Source: Gemmatimonadota bacterium
Lineage (GTDB): Bacteria; Gemmatimonadota; Gemmatimonadetes; Gemmatimonadales; GWC2-71-9
Reading direction: 5' to 3'
Assembly: GCA_031393795.1 (NCBI GenBank)
Contig: JANMWE010000217.1
Coordinates: forward strand, 1 to 45,320
DNA: 45,320 nucleotides
Every line of letters starts with the position of its first letter. Positions within the stretch are counted from its first letter, which is position 1. The position numbers were made by a program, and so were the translations under genes. Positions 15,093 to 25,969 of the stretch are shown piece after piece. The notes beneath the pieces were generated by a model, which was given only the letters and a program-made list of their open reading frames with translations, did not search any database and had not been told where the DNA came from.

Positions 15093-15997
15093 GCGGCCTG
15101 ACGGCTGAGGAGCTGCACCGGCGACCAGCGACCGAGGATGACGCCGGTGATGATGAGGGTCCCGCCGGCCCACTGGGCAGGGCCCGGCACTTCGCCGAGG
15201 GAGGGCCAGGCGATAAGCATCGCCACGAGCGGGGTGAGGCAATTGAAGATCGAGGTACGGTTCGGACCGACCGCCGCGATGCTCGCGTTCCAAAGCAGGT
15301 AGGCCAGGCAAAGCGAGAGCACGACGCTGTAGGCCAACGCGCTCCACGCCAGCGGGGTCACGACCCGCCACGACTGCGCCATCAGGTCGGGCCAGGCCAT
15401 GAAGACCAGCCCCGGCACGCCGGTGAGCGCGGTGAGCGCCGTGACCCGGAGCGGCGAGAGCGTGGTGGGGAGCATCCGGACGCCGAGCGTCGAAAGGGCC
15501 CAGCAGGTCCCGGCCCCGAGTGCCGCCAAGTCGCCCCACAAGGTCGCAGCGTCCACCGAGAGCCCCCGATCGCTGACGACGAGCGCGGCCCCCGCCAGGG
15601 CCAGCAACAGCGCGGTGATCAACCGCCCGCTCGGTCTCTCGACCCCGAAGAGTGCGCCGAGCACCGCGGTCTGGAGGGGTGAAGTGGCGAGGAGGATGGC
15701 GGTGTTCCCGACCGTGGTCCGCTCGAGCGCGACCATGAAGAGGGTCTGATAGATCGTGTTCCCGATCAACCCGATGAGCACCAGGCGTCCCCACGCCGCC
15801 CGGGGAGCACCGAGGCTTCCCTCGACCGCCCAGAGCACCATCAGGAGCAACAGCGCGGCCGCCGAATAGCGGAGCGCCCCGACGGCCAGGAGGGGCAGTT
15901 CACGCAGCGCGAAGCGCATCGCGATGAAGTTGCAGGCCCAGATGGCCACCACGAGGAGCATCGCGGGCGTGGCCCAGGCGGGGCGGGGGGCGGTCAT
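15089..15997 (-). CDS. EamA/DMT family transporter
   Basis: 302 aa with about ten hydrophobic helices in a two-fold EamA repeat pattern (LLVVAIWACNFIAMRFAL...). Its stop overlaps the glpK GTG (GTGA). Confidence 0.85.
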   Translation of the reverse strand: MTAPRPAWATPAMLLVVAIWACNFIAMRFALRELPLLAVGALRYSAAALLLLMVLWAVEGSLGAPRAAWGRLVLIGLIGNTIYQTLFMVALERTTVGNTAILLATSPLQTAVLGALFGVERPSGRLITALLLALAGAALVVSDRGLSVDAATLWGDLAALGAGTCWALSTLGVRMLPTTLSPLRVTALTALTGVPGLVFMAWPDLMAQSWRVVTPLAWSALAYSVVLSLCLAYLLWNASIAAVGPNRTSIFNCLTPLVAMLIAWPSLGEVPGPAQWAGGTLIITGVILGRWSPVQLLSRQAA

Positions 15998-16020
15998 GAC
16001 GGAATCTAGGTAATTTCAAT

Positions 16021-16124
16021 GTACGAGGTGCGACGTGCGGGGATCCAAGCGCACGGTCCCCCGCATCCCTCGCCTTCGCTCGGGACAAGCTTCGGACTTC
16101 GCACTTCGCACTTCGCACTTCGCA
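16021..16124. repeat. Heptamer-armed palindromic element (GTGCGAR type)
   Basis: The left arm is GTACGAG GTGCGAC GTGCGGG (16021-16041). The right arm is CTTCGCA x4 (16097-16124), the reverse complement of GTGCGAAG-type units. It fills the divergent gap between the EamA gene and the enoyl-CoA hydratase gene. Confidence 0.6.
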
Positions 16125-16148
16125 CACCAATCACCTCGTGGCCCCACC

Positions 16149-16931
16149 ATGCAACTCACCCACCTCACCCTCGACGTCCGCGACGCGATCGCCTGCCTCA
16201 CGATCGACCGCGCCGACAAGCTCAATGCCCTCAACGCGGCGCTGATCGAGGACCTGGGTCACGCCGCCCACCATCTCGCCACGGACACCGCCATCCGTGG
16301 CGCCATCCTGACCGGCGCCGGCACCAAGGCGTTCGCCGCCGGGGCGGACATCGGCGAGATGAAGGACCAGAATTCCCAGCAGGGACTGGAGCGGGCCCGC
16401 CGCGGGCAGGAGGTGTTCCGGCGGCTCGAGACCTGCGGCAAGCCGGTCATCGCGGCAGTGAACGGCTTCGCCCTCGGCGGCGGGTGTGAGCTCGCAATGG
16501 CCTGCCACCTCCGGGTCGCGAGCACGACCGCCAAATTCGGGCAGCCGGAGGTGAAACTCGGCATCTGTCCCGGCTATGGCGGCACTGTCCGGCTCCCGCG
16601 GCTGGTCGGCAAGGGGCGCGCGATCGATATCCTCATCAGCGGCCGGACGGTGGACGCCGACGAGGCGCTCCGCATCGGGCTGGTGAACCGCGTGGTCGAG
16701 ACGGACGCATTGATGGCCGAGAGCGAGTCGCTGCTCCGCACCATCCTCGCGATGGGGCCCCTGGCGGTCCGCTCCTGCCTCGAATTGGTCGATGCCGGGA
16801 TGGAAGTCGGCCTCGAAGAAGCGCTCCGAATGGAGGCCACTCACTTCGGTCTTCTTTCGGGTTCGGAAGATCAGAAAGAGGGGATGGCCGCCTTTTTGGC
16901 GAAGCGTCCGCCGGCTTTTCAGGGACGCTGA
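16149..16931 (+). CDS. Enoyl-CoA hydratase/isomerase (crotonase) family protein
   Basis: ORF 16035..16931 trimmed to ATG 16149 (MQLTHLTLDVRDAIACLTIDRADKLNAL). Crotonase motifs GAGTKAFAAGADI and AAVNGFALGGGCELAMACH. Confidence 0.85.
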   Translation: MQLTHLTLDVRDAIACLTIDRADKLNALNAALIEDLGHAAHHLATDTAIRGAILTGAGTKAFAAGADIGEMKDQNSQQGLERARRGQEVFRRLETCGKPVIAAVNGFALGGGCELAMACHLRVASTTAKFGQPEVKLGICPGYGGTVRLPRLVGKGRAIDILISGRTVDADEALRIGLVNRVVETDALMAESESLLRTILAMGPLAVRSCLELVDAGMEVGLEEALRMEATHFGLLSGSEDQKEGMAAFLAKRPPAFQGR

Positions 16932-16946
16932 AATCGATCGCTTTTC

Positions 16947-16985
16947 AGCCCGCGCCGGACCTGCATTTCGGGGTCCGGCGCGGCT
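16947..16985 (+). terminator. GC-rich hairpin downstream of the enoyl-CoA hydratase gene
   Basis: AGCCCGCGCCGGACC (16947-16961) pairs with GGTCCGGCGCGGCT (16972-16985), giving a ~14-bp stem. The tail is ACATTAAAGG, which is weakly U-rich. Confidence 0.4.
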
Positions 16986-16996
16986 ACATTAAAGGA

Positions 16997-17410
16997 ATGG
17001 GGAGCGGGGTATTTTTTTCGCGTTCGGCGGTCGCCGCGGCACTCCTTGCGGGGGGTCTGGGGTGCGAGGATCGGGCCCGTCCGGAGTTCATCGGGACCGG
17101 GAATGGGGTGGGTCCGCTGAGCCAGGTGACCGCCCCGTCGGAACTCGATACGGTCCACCTCGGGACCAGCTTCTTCCTCGCGGTGCGGGCCGCGGACCTG
17201 GACGGAGTGGACTCGGTCTGGGTGACGATCTCGGACACGAATCTCCCCGGCCTCCGCTACAGTGGCAGTGGCCAGGAGGTGTCATCGGCGGGGTACTCCG
17301 TGCTGCTCCCCGCCTCGCTCCCCGAGAACACATTGATCGTGAGCGTCCAGGGTGTCGACCTGTTGGGTGATACCGGCACGGTCTTTCTGCGGCACCTGCT
17401 CGTCCAGTAG
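16997..17410 (+). CDS. Small secreted/lipoprotein-like protein, unknown function
   Basis: N-terminus MGSGVFFSRSAVAAALLAGGLGC (signal peptide ending in Cys). Beta-rich, Ig-like feel. Its stop TAG overlaps the recF GTG by 1 nt. Confidence 0.5.
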   Translation: MGSGVFFSRSAVAAALLAGGLGCEDRARPEFIGTGNGVGPLSQVTAPSELDTVHLGTSFFLAVRAADLDGVDSVWVTISDTNLPGLRYSGSGQEVSSAGYSVLLPASLPENTLIVSVQGVDLLGDTGTVFLRHLLVQ

Positions 17411-18489
17411 TGCGACTTCGCCGGCTGGTGGCGCGCGGGTTCCGGAACCTCGCCCCGCTCGATCTCGAGGTCCCCTCGACCGGTGTGGCCCTCCTCGGCT
17501 CCAACGGCGCCGGCAAGACCAACGTCCTCGAAGCGATCTACTATCCGGTGCTCTTCCGCTCCTTTCGAGGGGCGGCGGACAGCGAAGTGGCCCGGTTCGG
17601 CGGTGAAGGATTCCACGCCGAGGTGACGTTCGGGGATGGTACCGCGCCGGGGACGGCGGCGGCGACCTGGACCGCGGTGGGACGGGAAAAGCGCCTGGTG
17701 ATCGACGGCGCGCCGGTGGGTACGCTCGCGGCGGCGGCAGGACGGTGGCTGGCGGTGGCCTTCCTCCCCTCCGACACCGGCCTCGCAGGCGGGCCACCAG
17801 CAGAGCGGCGCCACTATCTCGACCGGATGCTGGCGCTCGCTTCCCCCGACTACCTGCGCGCGCTGGCCCGCTATCGGCAGGGAGTGTCCCGCCGGAATGC
17901 CGCGCTCCGGCGGAACGAACCCGTGGCGGCGCAGGCCTTCGAGCCGGCGATCGCGGCGGCCGGGGCCCCGGTGATGGCGGCCCGACTCGAGTGGGCCGCG
18001 GCGGCCCGGGCCGACTTCGCCAGGGAATTCGCCGCGCTCGGCGAGGCCCTCCCCGCCGACCTGGCCTACGCGGGCGACGAGACGCTCGCCGACCCGGCCG
18101 CCTGGCCCGAACAATTCCGCGCGGTGCGCGATCGCGACCGCCAGCGCGGCATCACCTCGGTGGGGCCGCACCGGGATGACCTCCGGCTGACGCTCGCGGG
18201 GAAATCGCTGGGCCGTTACGGATCGACCGGACAGCAGCGGAGCGCGGCGATCGCGCTCAAGCTCCTCGAACTCGCCACCCTTCGGGCGGCCCGATCGGAA
18301 GAGCCGGCGCTGCTCCTGGATGACGTCTTCGCCGAACTCGACCGCGACCGGCAGGGCCGGCTGGCCGAACGGCTCACCGGCGGCGGCGTGCGGCAAGTAG
18401 TGGTGACCAGTCCGCGGCGGGAGGAGTTGCCGGGGGAGCTGAAGTTGCCGGTGTGGAGGGTGGAGGGGGGAGTCGTGAAGGGGGCCTAG
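17410..18489 (+). CDS. recF: DNA replication and repair protein RecF
   Basis: MRLRRLVARGFRNL... with Walker A GSNGAGKTNVLEAI, the SMC-like signature GSTGQQRSAAIALKL, and Walker B LLLDDVFAELD. Confidence 0.85.
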   Translation: MRLRRLVARGFRNLAPLDLEVPSTGVALLGSNGAGKTNVLEAIYYPVLFRSFRGAADSEVARFGGEGFHAEVTFGDGTAPGTAAATWTAVGREKRLVIDGAPVGTLAAAAGRWLAVAFLPSDTGLAGGPPAERRHYLDRMLALASPDYLRALARYRQGVSRRNAALRRNEPVAAQAFEPAIAAAGAPVMAARLEWAAAARADFAREFAALGEALPADLAYAGDETLADPAAWPEQFRAVRDRDRQRGITSVGPHRDDLRLTLAGKSLGRYGSTGQQRSAAIALKLLELATLRAARSEEPALLLDDVFAELDRDRQGRLAERLTGGGVRQVVVTSPRREELPGELKLPVWRVEGGVVKGA

Positions 18490-18581
18490 GGAATGGGGCC
18501 TAGGGCGTTCAAGTACTTAACCGGCGCGGCTTGCACCGATCCTCGACATCGCCTCCCCAGGCACCAGGCCCAAGGCCCCGA

Positions 18582-18920
18582 ATGCGCGACCGCTCAAAGA
18601 CATCCGCCAAACCCACCCTGCTCGCCGAGGCCCTCCAGGCATGGATCAAGCGGAAGGGACTGGTCAAGCGGATGGACCAGGCGGTGGTGCTGGGGGAATG
18701 GGCCGAGCTGGTGGGGCCGCAGATCGCGAAGGTGGCGGTGCCGGAGAGCGTGACGCCGGACGGCGTGCTGCGGGTGAAGGTGGCCACGGCGCCGTGGGCG
18801 ACGGAACTGCAGATGATGACGCCCAAGATCATCGGGCGCTTGAACACCGGACGGCCGGGACGGCCGATCACCGGGATCCGCTGGGTCGTCGGGGCGCTGG
18901 GCCCCGATGGGACACTCTGA
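18582..18920 (+). CDS. DUF721 (DciA-like) protein
   Basis: ORF 18531..18920 trimmed to ATG 18582. It holds the classical position between recF and gyrB. The core W.ELVGPQIAKVAVPESVTPDGVLRVKVATAPWATELQMMTPKII is typical of DUF721. Confidence 0.7.
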   Translation: MRDRSKTSAKPTLLAEALQAWIKRKGLVKRMDQAVVLGEWAELVGPQIAKVAVPESVTPDGVLRVKVATAPWATELQMMTPKIIGRLNTGRPGRPITGIRWVVGALGPDGTL

Positions 18921-20858
<1,938 letters not shown>

Positions 20859-20964
20859 CGCTGGGGCGCTCAGGCGCTGAGGCGGTGGACATCGGAAGGG
20901 CATGCAGCTCAGGGTCGAGCCTCGTGCCCTTCTGCATGTGTTGCAGCGCCTCAGCGCCCCAGCG
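20859..20964. terminator. Nested palindromes filling the convergent gyrB / kinase gap (likely a bidirectional terminator)
   Basis: The outer arms are CGCTGGGGCGCT(CAGGCGCT)GAGGCG (20859-20884) and CGCCTCAGCGCCCCAGCG (20947-20964). The inner stem is GAAGGGCA (20895-20902) / TGCCCTTC (20925-20932). Confidence 0.5.
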
Positions 20965-23900
20965 TCAGTCCACCTTCCGATCCAGCGCCGCCAGCGCCTG
21001 CCTGGCCAGATCCACTTCGCGCTGCAGCGGCCCATCCGCCTTGTCCCAGAGCGTCAGGAACCGGTCGTAGCGTACGCGCGCGCCCGCGGTGTCGCCGCGG
21101 GCCTCGAGGATCGCCGCGGCCGACGGGAGGGCCCGGACGCGCATCAGCACGAAGGGATCCACGTCGGTCGCGACCGCCACCGGCAACGAATCGATCCGGT
21201 CGTAATAGCGCAGCGCGACGTCGGGGCGACCGATCGCCTCGTTGGCCCGTGCCATCGACCAGAGCCGGATGACGCTGGTCGTGGTGTCCGGCCCGATATG
21301 CCCGAGCGCCCGCCGTGATCGCGCGGTGTCCCCCGCTTGGGCGTACGCCAGCGCGTAGAGCGACCAGTTGGTATCCGCCCCCTCCTGCGGCCAGGCGGCG
21401 AGGGTCGTCGTGTCCCCCACCGTGGCGGCCGCGACGCGCACGGGGGTGCGCACGATCCCACGGACCCTCGCCTGTCCCGGGCCGGAAAGGCGCGCCAGCC
21501 CGCGACGATACGCCAACGAGGCGGCCCGTACCTCATCCCGCGTCACGAGGCCGGTGGCCGAGCGCGCCAGCAGCCCGAAGAAGTCGGGCGAAGCGTCCAC
21601 GAAGCGCTGGATCTCGGGATTTCGTTTCCCCACATCGGCCTGCAAGAGCGCGACCAGCCTGGACGCTTCGCGCACTCGACCGGCCAGGACCCAGGTGTTG
21701 GCCAGGACGGCAGCCTGCAGACCATAGGTCTTGTAGGCGCTGTCGGGCCCGATGCTCCCGACCGAATCGCCCAACTTCAGGAGCTTGTCCCACCGGCGCG
21801 CCGCCGAGAGCAGGGCCATTCGGCGCAGCGGGAGCGCCTCGGCACTTGGGACACCGAGCTGCTGGGCCCGGCCCAGGGCCGCGAGCGCCGAATCGTATTG
21901 CTCGGCCGCGGCGTGGAGGTCCGCGAGCTGGAGATAGGCGGCCCCTTCGAGGGGGGCCACCGCCAGCCAGCGACGGGTCACTGCGACCGCGCGGACCCTG
22001 GCCCGCGCGCGAAGCGAGTCGATCACCCGCGGGGTGAGCCACGGCGGCTGTGAGTCGGACGGGAAGATCGCGATCGAATCGCCGACATAGCCGAGATGGA
22101 ACAAAGCATCGGGGATCCGATTGAAGACGGTCGGCAGATCACCGTTCGGCTGATGGAGGAACCCGGGGATCTCGAGACCGTCTTTCGAGCTCAACTGCGA
22201 ATAGAGCCCGGCGACATTGACGAACAGGGTGTGATCGGACTCGTCGAGCGCCAGCGCGCGCTCGTACGCACGGAGCGCGCGCGCATACGACCCCTGCACC
22301 CCGCGGTGGCCGCGGACGGTGTCGAGCGCCATGTCGTACTGCCACGCCGCACCGAGGAGCTGCCACGCGAGCGCGTTGGCGGAGTCCTTCGCCACCACCT
22401 GTCCCAGCAGTTGGCGTGCCTCGGCGAAACGGGCGTGCACCAGCGCGTTGTACCCCTGGATCAATTCCCGCTCGCGCGCCGGGCGGCCCGTCGCGTGGGC
22501 CAATGCGCTATCGGCAAAGGCGGCGAACTCCGGCACCGTGTGCGCCCACGCATCGTTGAAGACCAGGATGCTCCGCTCCATCCACGCGGTGGCGAAGGCG
22601 GGATCCGCCGCGGTGGCGCGCGCGAAGGAACGTTTGGCGCTGTCGACGCCCCACACCGACCGCTCGCGGATCCCCTGGACGTACGCGGCCCACGCTTCGA
22701 TCGAACGGGTCGGCGGGTCCTCGCCGGGCAGCTGCGCCACCGGCGCGCCGATCGAGGTGAGGAGCCGATCGGCCAGATCGCGGAAGGCGGTGGGGATGGC
22801 GCTGTCACCGACCACGGCGGCGCTGTCGCGCCGCAACTCGTTGCCGGTGACGACATCGTACGTCTTGAGCTGGACGGTGATCCGGTCGCCGAACTTGAAG
22901 ATCGACCCGACCGAGGCGGTCCACACTCCCGCGGCCCGCGCCATCGCGCGGACGTCATCGAGCGACTGACCGGAGTCCGGAGAGACCCCCTCCCGGCGCG
23001 CCAGGTCCAGCAGACGCTCGGCGTCCACCACCCTGAGGTCATCCCACCGCTGCATCTGGCCGGCCAGAAGCTTCACCCCGCCGATGCGGAGCCAGTCGAG
23101 CGAGCGGTCCTGGCTGGTATCGAAGAAACCGATCAGGAGGGACCGCCGAGGATCGACGCCACGAGGGACCCCGCCCTGCCCCCGTACCCACCACCCGCCG
23201 ATCAGGGCGAGGAGGAGGACCACGGCCGTGGCGACCCCGGGGACACGCCACCGGCGGAGTCCGCCGGACCGCGGGGCCCCCAAGCCGGTGGTGGTCGACG
23301 TGAGGAGCCCGTCGAGGGCCGCCACCACTTCGTCTCCCGTCTGGAATCGCTTGGCCGGGTCCTTGGCCAGCAGCCGGTCGATGATCAGCTCGGCCGCCAG
23401 CGGCAGGTCGGGCCGCTTGGCGCGGAGCGAGAGGGGGGCCTGGACGAGGTGCGCCGCCGCCGCCCCGCTCGGGCTCGACAGCTGATACGGATACGCCCCG
23501 GCGAGCATCTCATAGAAGACGATCCCGAGGGCATAGAGGTCGGACGGCGGACCGAGCGTGCGGCTCCCCGAGGCCTGCTCGGGAGACATATAGCGCGGGG
23601 TCCCGACCACCATCCCGAATCCGGTGAGCCGGTCGGCGTCAGCGCCGGTGGTCGCATTCCCCGCCACCGCGCCAGCGATACCGAAGTCCACCACCAGCGA
23701 CCGGCCGGTCTCGGGGTCCATCAGGATGTTCTGCGGCTTCACGTCACGATGGAGGATCCCGCGCCGGTGCGCCGCCGCGAGCGCCGAAGCCACCTCCCGC
23801 GCGACCCGGACCGCTTCAGCGAACGGGAGTTGCCCCTGGCGCGCCATCCGATCGGCGAGGCTCCCGCCATCGACATAGGCCATGACGAAATAGGCGAGAT

Positions 23901-24162
23901 CCCCCGAACTCCCGACCCGAAGGATCGACACGATGTTCGGGTGCTGGATCGCCGCCGCGGTCTCGGCCTCGCGTTGGAAGCGGCTCCGGAACATCGGGCT
24001 CGCGCCGAGCTCGGGGTCGAGCACCTTGATGGCGATCAGGCGGTTGAGCGCGACCTCACGCGCCAGGTAGACCGAGGCCATCCCCCCCTGTCCCAGAAGG
24101 CGGATGATCTCGAAATCCTGACCGAGTGCGCCGCGGACGCGTTCGAGGAGGGGGTCGCTCAT
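20965..24162 (-). CDS. Ser/Thr protein kinase with a TM helix and a large extracytoplasmic TolB-N-like/TPR sensor region
   Basis: Hanks kinase motifs GQGGMASVYLA, AIKVL, HRDVKPQNIL, DFGIA, GTPRYMSPEQ. TM helix VATAVVLLLALIGGWWV. Then a ~730-aa helical-repeat ectodomain. Confidence 0.9.
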   Translation of the reverse strand: MSDPLLERVRGALGQDFEIIRLLGQGGMASVYLAREVALNRLIAIKVLDPELGASPMFRSRFQREAETAAAIQHPNIVSILRVGSSGDLAYFVMAYVDGGSLADRMARQGQLPFAEAVRVAREVASALAAAHRRGILHRDVKPQNILMDPETGRSLVVDFGIAGAVAGNATTGADADRLTGFGMVVGTPRYMSPEQASGSRTLGPPSDLYALGIVFYEMLAGAYPYQLSSPSGAAAAHLVQAPLSLRAKRPDLPLAAELIIDRLLAKDPAKRFQTGDEVVAALDGLLTSTTTGLGAPRSGGLRRWRVPGVATAVVLLLALIGGWWVRGQGGVPRGVDPRRSLLIGFFDTSQDRSLDWLRIGGVKLLAGQMQRWDDLRVVDAERLLDLARREGVSPDSGQSLDDVRAMARAAGVWTASVGSIFKFGDRITVQLKTYDVVTGNELRRDSAAVVGDSAIPTAFRDLADRLLTSIGAPVAQLPGEDPPTRSIEAWAAYVQGIRERSVWGVDSAKRSFARATAADPAFATAWMERSILVFNDAWAHTVPEFAAFADSALAHATGRPARERELIQGYNALVHARFAEARQLLGQVVAKDSANALAWQLLGAAWQYDMALDTVRGHRGVQGSYARALRAYERALALDESDHTLFVNVAGLYSQLSSKDGLEIPGFLHQPNGDLPTVFNRIPDALFHLGYVGDSIAIFPSDSQPPWLTPRVIDSLRARARVRAVAVTRRWLAVAPLEGAAYLQLADLHAAAEQYDSALAALGRAQQLGVPSAEALPLRRMALLSAARRWDKLLKLGDSVGSIGPDSAYKTYGLQAAVLANTWVLAGRVREASRLVALLQADVGKRNPEIQRFVDASPDFFGLLARSATGLVTRDEVRAASLAYRRGLARLSGPGQARVRGIVRTPVRVAAATVGDTTTLAAWPQEGADTNWSLYALAYAQAGDTARSRRALGHIGPDTTTSVIRLWSMARANEAIGRPDVALRYYDRIDSLPVAVATDVDPFVLMRVRALPSAAAILEARGDTAGARVRYDRFLTLWDKADGPLQREVDLARQALAALDRKVD

Positions 24163-24171
24163 CCCGGAAAG

Positions 24172-25578
24172 CTAGCCGACCGGGGTCCGGCGCCGATACC
24201 GCCCGACGAAATAGAGTCCCGCCCCGATGGCGACCATCATCAGGCTCGACCCGACCACCTTGATCACCGCGAGCCGAGGGTTCGGGTCATCGGCCGGGGG
24301 AAGGCAGGAGAGGACTATGCTGATGAGCACCGTCGCCAGGCCCAGTGCCCCGAGGAGCACCCCGACCCCCCGCCCTCCGGGCACCCGTTTCACTTCGGGA
24401 CCGGCGGGGAGCCATTGCGACCTGATCATCGCTGCGTACATCAGCGCATACGGGATGAAGAAGGAAATGACCCCGAGATTGACCAGGATCGTGTACGCGT
24501 TCCGGACCGAAGTGCCGGCCTGGCCGAGCACCGCGATCCCGCCGGCGATGAGGGCCTGCACCACGAGCGCGAAGACCGGCGTGCCCCACTTCGGGTGGAG
24601 CTTGGCGAACGCCGGCGGGAGCGCCTTGTCGACGCCGGCCACGAACGGCAGCCGGCTCATCGCGGCCATCCACGCCCCGACGCCGCCGATGCTGCCGAGC
24701 GAGATCAGGAAGGCCGCCACCGGCGAGAGGGCACCGAGCCCGACCCGCGAGACCGCCCGGTCGATCGCCTGCATGATCCCCTGCAGGCTCGTCATCTCGT
24801 TGGCGGGGATCGCCACGAGCGCCGCGATGGTGCCGAGGATGTAGACCGCGACGATGCTGATCCCGGCGACGAAGATCGCCCGCGGGATGGTGCGCCGGGT
24901 ATCGTGGATCTCGTCGCCCAGCATCGAGGCGCTCTCGAGTCCGCCGAAGCCGAAGGCGAGGGTACTCCAGAAGGCGATCGTCGTGATGCCGCCGTGGGGG
25001 AGCATCGTCTGGATCGTGAAGGTGGTGGCGCTCCCGAACTTCACGTACGAGATGATCCCGGCCAGCACCAGCAGCCCGATCGGAAGCCAGGTGGCCCAGG
25101 CGCCGATGTTGTTGAGGTGCTTGCCGATCTCGAGCCCGACGATGTTCACCCAGAGGGCGAGGGCGAGGCAGCCGAGGGAGAACCAGATGAAGAAGACGGG
25201 ATCCGCCGAGTGGGCCAGCCAGCTCGGCCCACCGACGAAGAGGATATTGCCGGCCGCGAAGTAGAGCAGTCCCGGGAAGTAGACCAGATTGCTGGCCCAG
25301 TAGAGCCACCCCGTCATGAACCCGGTGAACTCGCCGAAGGTCTCCCGGGCCCAGACATAGATCCCGCCCTCCTCAGGGTACCGGCTCGAGAGCTCGAGCA
25401 CCGTGAACGCCGACGGGATGAACATCCCGACGCAAGCGAGCCCCCAGAGGAGGATCGAGCTCGGCCCGGCCGCGGCGGCGTTCCCGATCCAGCGGGGGCC
25501 GATGACGGCCACGATATAGAAGAGCGTGACGTCGCGAAGGGTAAGGACGCGGTGGAGGCCTTTGGTTTCCGCTGGCAT
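24172..25578 (-). CDS. APC-superfamily amino acid permease
   Basis: ORF 24172..25878 trimmed to ATG 25578 (MPAETKGLHRVLTLRDVTLFYIVAVIGPRWI...). About 12 TM helices. The upstream part of the tracked ORF runs through a repeat element. Confidence 0.85.
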   Translation of the reverse strand: MPAETKGLHRVLTLRDVTLFYIVAVIGPRWIGNAAAAGPSSILLWGLACVGMFIPSAFTVLELSSRYPEEGGIYVWARETFGEFTGFMTGWLYWASNLVYFPGLLYFAAGNILFVGGPSWLAHSADPVFFIWFSLGCLALALWVNIVGLEIGKHLNNIGAWATWLPIGLLVLAGIISYVKFGSATTFTIQTMLPHGGITTIAFWSTLAFGFGGLESASMLGDEIHDTRRTIPRAIFVAGISIVAVYILGTIAALVAIPANEMTSLQGIMQAIDRAVSRVGLGALSPVAAFLISLGSIGGVGAWMAAMSRLPFVAGVDKALPPAFAKLHPKWGTPVFALVVQALIAGGIAVLGQAGTSVRNAYTILVNLGVISFFIPYALMYAAMIRSQWLPAGPEVKRVPGGRGVGVLLGALGLATVLISIVLSCLPPADDPNPRLAVIKVVGSSLMMVAIGAGLYFVGRYRRRTPVG

Positions 25579-25595
25579 GGGCTCCCGTCGAGAGT

Positions 25596-25730
25596 GTGCG
25601 AGGTGCGAGGTGCGAGGTGCGAAGTCCGGGGGGTGTGAACATCGACCTGAAAGTGTTGAATTGAAATGCGAGTTGGTGAAGAGATCTTCGGCCTCATACG
25701 CCCCGGACCTCGGACCCCGCACTTCGGACC
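25596..25730. repeat. Heptamer-armed palindromic element (GTGCGAG type) with an AT-richer core
   Basis: The left arm is GTGCGAG x3, GTGCGAA, GTCCGGG (25596-25630). The right arm is CCCCGGACCTCGGACCCCGCACTTCGGACC (25701-25730). The 70-nt core is about 47% GC by my count. Confidence 0.65.
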
Positions 25731-25969
25731 TAGTTGCCGGGTGCCCCCGGCCCCCAACCGTCCTCCGGGCGCTCATCCTCAGGTGTAGCGGTCGCGGAGA
25801 TCCCGCGGACCTCGCGCTCGGCCCGCTCCAGTTCCTCCCGGTCGATCGGCGCGGCGCTGCCGTCATCGAGCGGGTCATCGGGGTCGGGAGCGTAGGTCCG
25901 CTTCGGTTGGATGCGCCAAGCGACGAGGATGATCACCCCAAGGACCGCCACCGTCAGGACGACGATCAC
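25730..25969 (-). CDS. Small membrane protein (one TM helix, acidic tail), hypothetical
   Basis: GTG 25969 overlaps the deoA stop (GTGA). MIVVLTVAVLGVIILVAW is followed by a Pro/Asp/Glu-rich tail. No family recognised. Confidence 0.45.
   Translation of the reverse strand: MIVVLTVAVLGVIILVAWRIQPKRTYAPDPDDPLDDGSAAPIDREELERAEREVRGISATATPEDERPEDGWGPGAPGN

Noticed and set aside
13599-15794. Long N-terminal extensions in the ORF track. Examples are glpK as 731 aa, the ccmH-like gene as 685 aa, the porin as 700 aa, the permease as 568 aa, and the 388-aa ORF ending in the TPR protein.
   Set aside because: The extensions overlap upstream genes or repeat elements, are low-complexity, and precede internal starts that give canonical N-termini or signal peptides. 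I trimmed them to those starts.
22096-25638. A 1180-aa plus-strand ORF, the longest in the track.
   Set aside because: It runs antisense across two well-supported minus-strand genes (the Ser/Thr kinase and the APC permease) and the gap between them. Its composition is dominated by R/G/P/D/E/H, with no recognisable motif. This is a typical shadow ORF of GC3-rich genes.
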